A stretch of DNA of 20,000 nucleotides, from the IMG/VR virus record IMGVR_UViG_3300021093_000051, positions 54,605-74,604 of that record, one strand, 5' to 3'. Positions 15,573 to 20,000 of this stretch are shown in pieces (within the stretch, counting starts at the first letter, position 1; each line of letters starts with the position of its first letter). The DNA is from an uncultured virus (IMG/VR IMGVR_UViG_3300021093_000051) (taxonomy: Duplodnaviria > Heunggongvirae > Uroviricota > Caudoviricetes). The notes below the pieces were generated by a model. The model made no database searches and was not told where the DNA came from. It saw nothing but the letters and a program-made list of their open reading frames with translations. Made by a program: the position numbers and the translations under genes.

Positions 15573-15635
15573 TAATTGGGATTTTTTCTAAACTTGATCT
15601 AATCTATATTGTATAAGAAAAAAAGAAAAGGTTCT

Positions 15636-16400
15636 ATGGAAAAGGCAAAAATATGCTTATCGATAAAGTGGGAGGGTCAAGATCGGGAAAATAACCTGAC
15701 TCGGGTAAAAAGTGTGATTCGATCCTTTAGTCTTGGAACGATTGATTATCTTGCTCTTGATCCAGCTAAGAGTAATATCTTGACCTCCAAGGAATACGAT
15801 GAGATCGATTTAGAGTGTAGGGAAAGAGGAATCTCATGGTTTCCTATCGCCTCCTCCATTCAAGATGTTGATCTGACTCGACCTTATTATGCTAAATTAC
15901 CCAACGGGAAATCGGGTTTTATGCTCGGCATTGCTGAAACCCACATAAACGACTTTACTCTTCTTAATTATGCAAAAGACTGTGCCGACTATGTTGTTCT
16001 CTATACTGGCGGAAACACTCAACGCGATATCGATCGAGCGATTGAGGCAGTTCAGCCGGATCTGGTCGTCCATCACTCCTTTGGAGAACCTCGACTCGAC
16101 TACATCAAGTATCTTCAAGCTATCTCGATCGAATTTGAAAAGAGGTATCTAGTCGGCTTTAAAAATAACTCTTACATGATATCGGACGTGCTCTTATTGG
16201 CCGCATCGATGCTTGGTGCAAGCTTTCTAGAGTCTACTATTAGTATCCATGAGCACAATGAAACCGACCTATTAGAAAACACCTGGTGTTTTGCTGACCT
16301 TATTGATATTACCAATCACATAAAGACGATAAATACTTCTAGGGGAGGATATGAGGCCCGCAAGATAACCAAAGTCGAAAAAGAAATGATGAAAAGATGA
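15636..16400 (+). CDS. Divergent NeuB (N-acetylneuraminate synthase)-fold protein, probably inactive
   Basis: LTSKEYDEIDLECRERGISWF, INDFTLLNY, VVLYTGGNTQRDIDRAIE, LVGF, AASMLGASFLE and GGYEARKITKVEKEMMKR track NeuB motifs in order. ATG 15636 is preferred over TTG 15609. Confidence 0.65.
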   Translation: MEKAKICLSIKWEGQDRENNLTRVKSVIRSFSLGTIDYLALDPAKSNILTSKEYDEIDLECRERGISWFPIASSIQDVDLTRPYYAKLPNGKSGFMLGIAETHINDFTLLNYAKDCADYVVLYTGGNTQRDIDRAIEAVQPDLVVHHSFGEPRLDYIKYLQAISIEFEKRYLVGFKNNSYMISDVLLLAASMLGASFLESTISIHEHNETDLLENTWCFADLIDITNHIKTINTSRGGYEARKITKVEKEMMKR

Positions 16401-16684
16401 GAATCACACTAAAGAATATTAGGCACTATATTGAGGGCAACCTTAAGATGTTTGGAGACAAGATTCATCTCCTGTCCGAACACGAAAAGGAACAAGTAGC
16501 ATACCGAGCCATGATTTGTAAGGACGAGTGCATGAGATTAGAATACTGCGTCTATTGTGGCTGTGATGTTCCAGGCAAGTTATACGTTAAGGAGTCCTGT
16601 AATGGAGGAGAACGCTTTCCTGACCTAATGAAAAAGGAGGAATGGGAAAAGTTTAAGCTTGATAACGGGATTAACCTGGAATAA
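16397..16684 (+). CDS. Cys-rich putative metal-binding protein (DUF6171-like pattern)
   Basis: RAMICKDEC-x5-CVYCGC-x4-K-x6-C. ATGA overlap with the upstream gene. Confidence 0.7.
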   Translation: MRITLKNIRHYIEGNLKMFGDKIHLLSEHEKEQVAYRAMICKDECMRLEYCVYCGCDVPGKLYVKESCNGGERFPDLMKKEEWEKFKLDNGINLE

Positions 16685-17252
16685 GTGATAGTCCAGTAGT
16701 CACTATTGTCAACGTGCTAACCAGTGTCAAAACGACTGGCGGTAACTCAAACTTTAATTTATTAGCCAGCATGATCACAGTCGTTAGAGAAGACAGAACG
16801 ATATTAAGAGTCTTAAGTAGATTCTTTTTTGTCTGTAGGGCTATTCCTAAAGTATATGCTGGATTCGGTACGGCTGGTGGAAGAGCGGCTGGTAGAGCTG
16901 CAGTTGCGACGGTTGCTTGAGTCTCAGTCGGAATAGAATCAAGAGCCTCTTTAGCAGTTTTATATTCCTGTTTCATTTTAATAATATCTTCTTCCACTGC
17001 CGGTTTAAGGCTCCTTTTTAGCTCCTCTAATAGCTTTTTCTTGGCCTCATCCGATTCCTTATTCGCGTCCTCCTCTGACATTCCACGCTCAATCTTTTGA
17101 GCCTTTGAGTCATCAATCATCTTTAAATATTTACCAAGATTCTCGTCTTTTTTGATTAGGTTTTCAATCACGCTGTCTGCATTTAGTCCAGGAATATCAG
17201 TTCCTAAGGATCCCAACTTAGTCACAGCTTTTGCTTGATCTTCTAGTGCCAT
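16671..17252 (-). CDS. Hypothetical baseplate-module protein (coiled coil plus hydrophobic C-terminus)
   Basis: 193 aa starting 2 nt after the spike gene stop. Confidence 0.75.
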   Translation of the reverse strand: MALEDQAKAVTKLGSLGTDIPGLNADSVIENLIKKDENLGKYLKMIDDSKAQKIERGMSEEDANKESDEAKKKLLEELKRSLKPAVEEDIIKMKQEYKTAKEALDSIPTETQATVATAALPAALPPAVPNPAYTLGIALQTKKNLLKTLNIVLSSLTTVIMLANKLKFELPPVVLTLVSTLTIVTTGLSLIPG

Positions 17253-17254
17253 CT

Positions 17255-17944
17255 CTATTTAGTTTTTGTTATTTTACTGAGAACTGCATCACCCAGTCCA
17301 GGAGTAAGTATCTGAAGAGCCGGTGGTGCCCCTGCTGATGGGTGAATGTGAGTATTAAACAAGTCAATGAAAGTATCTCCCTTTATCACCGCTTCAGAAA
17401 CAGCAGGTGTTGTTTCTGGCCCAAGTTCAATATTTGGGGAATCCACAATCACCTTATTATCAGTCTTGATCGTTATCAAGTTGTCTGGTGCCAGGTTAAT
17501 GCTTGCTCCCTTTACTGAGATCGTCAGACCCTTACCTACAGTAAACCACAGCTTTAACTCCTGGTCTCCATCAAATAGAATAATATGGCTTCCATCATAC
17601 TCAGTGTTCAGCTCATCCTTGATATCTTGTGCCAGTTCATGGATTGCAAAGTATTCAGGTGAGTAAGGATTACCATTGTCAAATTTGACTGCAACTATAC
17701 TGCCGACCTTTGGAATGGAAATCGACCCAGCCTTGCCTCCCTGTCCAAAGAAGAGACTCTTGTTTTTAGGGTAGGCCCATGGGATATCCTCAGCGGGCAA
17801 ATCATCATGGATGCTATAGACTCTAACCCTAGCTCTTCCCTCTTTTCTGGGATCGTCTATTAACTCGACAACGCCTAGGAATTGTTTATCCAATAGGTCA
17901 TTAATGTCCCTGTTTGATATGTCGTGGTTTCGGTCTAACATCAT
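17255..17944 (-). CDS. gp5: Baseplate central spike (gp5/gpV-like OB fold)
   Basis: FLGVVE..DDP.KEGRARVRV, DIPWAYP, IPKVGSIVAVKFDNGNPYSP, then short beta-strand repeats and a C-terminal HIH. Confidence 0.88.
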   Translation of the reverse strand: MMLDRNHDISNRDINDLLDKQFLGVVELIDDPRKEGRARVRVYSIHDDLPAEDIPWAYPKNKSLFFGQGGKAGSISIPKVGSIVAVKFDNGNPYSPEYFAIHELAQDIKDELNTEYDGSHIILFDGDQELKLWFTVGKGLTISVKGASINLAPDNLITIKTDNKVIVDSPNIELGPETTPAVSEAVIKGDTFIDLFNTHIHPSAGAPPALQILTPGLGDAVLSKITKTK

Positions 17945-17955
17945 GTAATATTATA

Positions 17956-19218
17956 TTAGTAGATTCGACCCAGGTTTCGGTCTCCATCATTGTTTGGAAA
18001 CTTATCTGGGTAAATTGAATTATTTAATACTGCTTGAGCCATACTAGAAATTGAACTGTCGTTTCTTGGAAAATTGCCGCTGATTGGAGCTCCTTTGCCG
18101 TCGGTGAATGGATTATTGCCTTCATACAAGTCTCCGATGCTTCTGATCCCAGAAGAATTAAAGGCAGCTTGAAGTGCAGGGTTTATAAGTCCGCCGATCG
18201 ACTGCAGCCTGTCTTGAGAATACTGTCTTGCGTTATCTACGAATCCTCCGACGAATGGCAAGTCAGATGCTCCTTCTAATCGAGTCTGAAGGTTGGCCGC
18301 AGTGTTTCGAGCGTTCCATGGATTACGTAAAGAGCTAGTGATAGGATCGTCAGTTATTTTAGTAGCATCATTATACTCGCTCTCTTCTTGAAAATAACCA
18401 ATATTGATCTTGAAGCTGCTTGCAATAGGTTTAGCAGTAGTTGATTCCATTGCGACATCGAGTTTTTGACCTCCTGGAAAGCTACCTGAAAAGTCAAACT
18501 CGCACTGTCTACACTTAAATTTTACGAAACCGAATTGTTTTAGCGGACTGCTCTGATCCAACTCTCGATTGCCTAATAACGAACTGGCAGCAGATCCGGC
18601 ATTAGTCAAGACCCGATTTATTCCGCTCATGTCTATTCCTAGCGCACTAGTCATGTTACTAAACTGTCCTGCTGGATTGTATCTAATGTTCCTGGCCTCG
18701 GCCACATATATGTCCATGCAGAACCATCTAAGGTTATCCGGCACCAGTTCTCTCATGTATTCAGTGTCGTATACTGAGGATCTATATAGGTTTGCCAATT
18801 GAGTTATTCTTAAGTCAATCGCTTCCATCGTATCTATCGTGACTGTCGCTGACTTGCTCTTGCGCGCTCCCGCGACATCAGTTGCGACCTCCCACATCTT
18901 ATCTAGTCCTGAGATCGACTGAAAATACCATGGCGCGTTAAAGGTCAAGTACTCAAGTATAGACTTGAATTTTGCAATTCGTTCCTCTCGATCCTTATAA
19001 CCGATCGACCCTAAATATGTCTGTGCGCTATTATAATTTTCTTCTGATCCCTTTTCAAAGAGTGGGCTTTTCCATAATACGTCTCCAGATTTTTCGGGTT
19101 GGCTTTCAAATCTAAAATCTATTGCGAAGGTCAGATAAGTCGGCTGATCATATGGATCGATAAACAGACCTTTTCTAAAGTTATCGACCTTGTTTCGTAC
19201 TCCATAAAAGTTATGCAT
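17956..19218 (-). CDS. Baseplate/tail structural protein (possible tube-initiator fold)
   Basis: 420 aa between hub and spike genes. VTIDTMEAIDLRITQLANLYR resembles the tube-fold strand-helix. The function is inferred from gene context. Confidence 0.55.
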   Translation of the reverse strand: MHNFYGVRNKVDNFRKGLFIDPYDQPTYLTFAIDFRFESQPEKSGDVLWKSPLFEKGSEENYNSAQTYLGSIGYKDREERIAKFKSILEYLTFNAPWYFQSISGLDKMWEVATDVAGARKSKSATVTIDTMEAIDLRITQLANLYRSSVYDTEYMRELVPDNLRWFCMDIYVAEARNIRYNPAGQFSNMTSALGIDMSGINRVLTNAGSAASSLLGNRELDQSSPLKQFGFVKFKCRQCEFDFSGSFPGGQKLDVAMESTTAKPIASSFKINIGYFQEESEYNDATKITDDPITSSLRNPWNARNTAANLQTRLEGASDLPFVGGFVDNARQYSQDRLQSIGGLINPALQAAFNSSGIRSIGDLYEGNNPFTDGKGAPISGNFPRNDSSISSMAQAVLNNSIYPDKFPNNDGDRNLGRIY

Positions 19219-20000
19219 TTGCAGTAAAGATTATTTTATTAGGCACCCATTCTCTTCTAGCTAGAATGAGTTCAGTATAGAATATGTGAGGATCGGTCGG
19301 GTCAAATGTGTATCGTGCCTCCTTTACATAGTACCACCCAGTAAGTTCAGAATCGAGTGTCTCTCCCTCAAACGTATTACCTGATAGGTCGATAGGCGTA
19401 TCTCCATTTGGATCAGTTTCTTTACGAATCTTCTCTCCAAGCGAAAGAGTCATTAAGACAGGTATAACCATTCCCCGGATTACCTGAAAGTTTACGCCCT
19501 TAAGCAAAACTCTAAGTTTTATCTTTTCTAGTTCCTTTAAGTTATGTGAGTTAAACACTCTAGCTGCATTCCAGTGTTCGTGAGTGTTGCCATAATTAAT
19601 GTTCATCCATTTCTTATTACCAATCTCATCCATTCCTTCATCGTCTGGAATCAACATTGAAGCTTCCGGTAAGTCTGGCGCATTATTCGGTGCAACAAAG
19701 AACTGTTTAAACTTATTTGGCTTACCAGTATCATCTGTTTCAACTGGTTCAAAGTGATCGTAATAATAGATCTTTTTCTTATATCCGTCCTGCTTAAGAA
19801 CCATTCCCTGATCAGATATTAAGTTAGCCTCATATATGTAGTTTGGCTTATTGATGTTTTTCCTTAAATTAGTTAAAAAATTGACAACTACTTCTTCTGC
19901 AAATGCAGCATTCGCCGGATCATTTTTTTGAGTTTGAGTCACGCCTAACGAAAGCGGATTAGCGTTACTTGAAAAAGTGTCATCTACATCGTTCTTTATC
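19211..20000 (-). CDS. Baseplate hub protein (gp27-like), 3' part; gene starts beyond the window
   Basis: The frame stays open upstream of GTG 19942 to the window edge (IKNDVDDTFSSNANPLSLG). The C-terminus TGWYYVKEARYTF...YTELILARRE is typical of hub proteins. Confidence 0.65.
   Translation of the reverse strand, partial: IKNDVDDTFSSNANPLSLGVTQTQKNDPANAAFAEEVVVNFLTNLRKNINKPNYIYEANLISDQGMVLKQDGYKKKIYYYDHFEPVETDDTGKPNKFKQFFVAPNNAPDLPEASMLIPDDEGMDEIGNKKWMNINYGNTHEHWNAARVFNSHNLKELEKIKLRVLLKGVNFQVIRGMVIPVLMTLSLGEKIRKETDPNGDTPIDLSGNTFEGETLDSELTGWYYVKEARYTFDPTDPHIFYTELILARREWVPNKIIFTANA

Noticed and set aside
333..18802. Many antisense or alternative-frame ORFs in the track (e.g. 333..554, 1510..1809, 3333..3626, 5983..6264, 8558..8875, 10987..11253, 14617..15006, 17367..17666, 18569..18802)
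   Set aside because: They are shadows of well-supported genes, with no motifs or credible start context.
1..20000. Stop-codon reassignment (TAG read as Gln), as in some Bacteroidota phages
   Set aside because: All conserved genes are full length in the standard code, coding density is high, and TAG ends genes at sensible positions (1392, 7693, 17255).

Overview
The window is a gene-dense segment of a large T4-like (myovirus, probably jumbo) phage genome. A Bacteroidota host is likely, inferred from A-rich start regions without Shine-Dalgarno sites. The minus strand carries late/structural genes: a baseplate hub fragment, a tube-fold baseplate protein, a gp5-type spike, DnaJ, a prohead protease fused to a repeat-rich scaffold, the gp23-type major capsid protein, a Dps/ferritin-like protein and several putative internal head proteins, one with an OmpA-like domain. 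Five of these starts are preceded by a shared (A/T)(G/A)ATAAATAA late-promoter-like motif. The plus strand carries a DNA-metabolism operon with an animal NEIL1-type DNA glycosylase, an Fe-S DinG/XPD helicase and two type IIA topoisomerase subunits, plus small membrane/lipoprotein ORFs and a degenerate NeuB-like gene. The main highlights are the NEIL1-like glycosylase, a nested promoter and start for a scaffold inside the protease gene, a shared capsid-targeting-like leader on an OmpA-domain protein, and an apparent NeuB pseudo-enzyme. Family assignments come from motif recognition by eye; no database searches were run.
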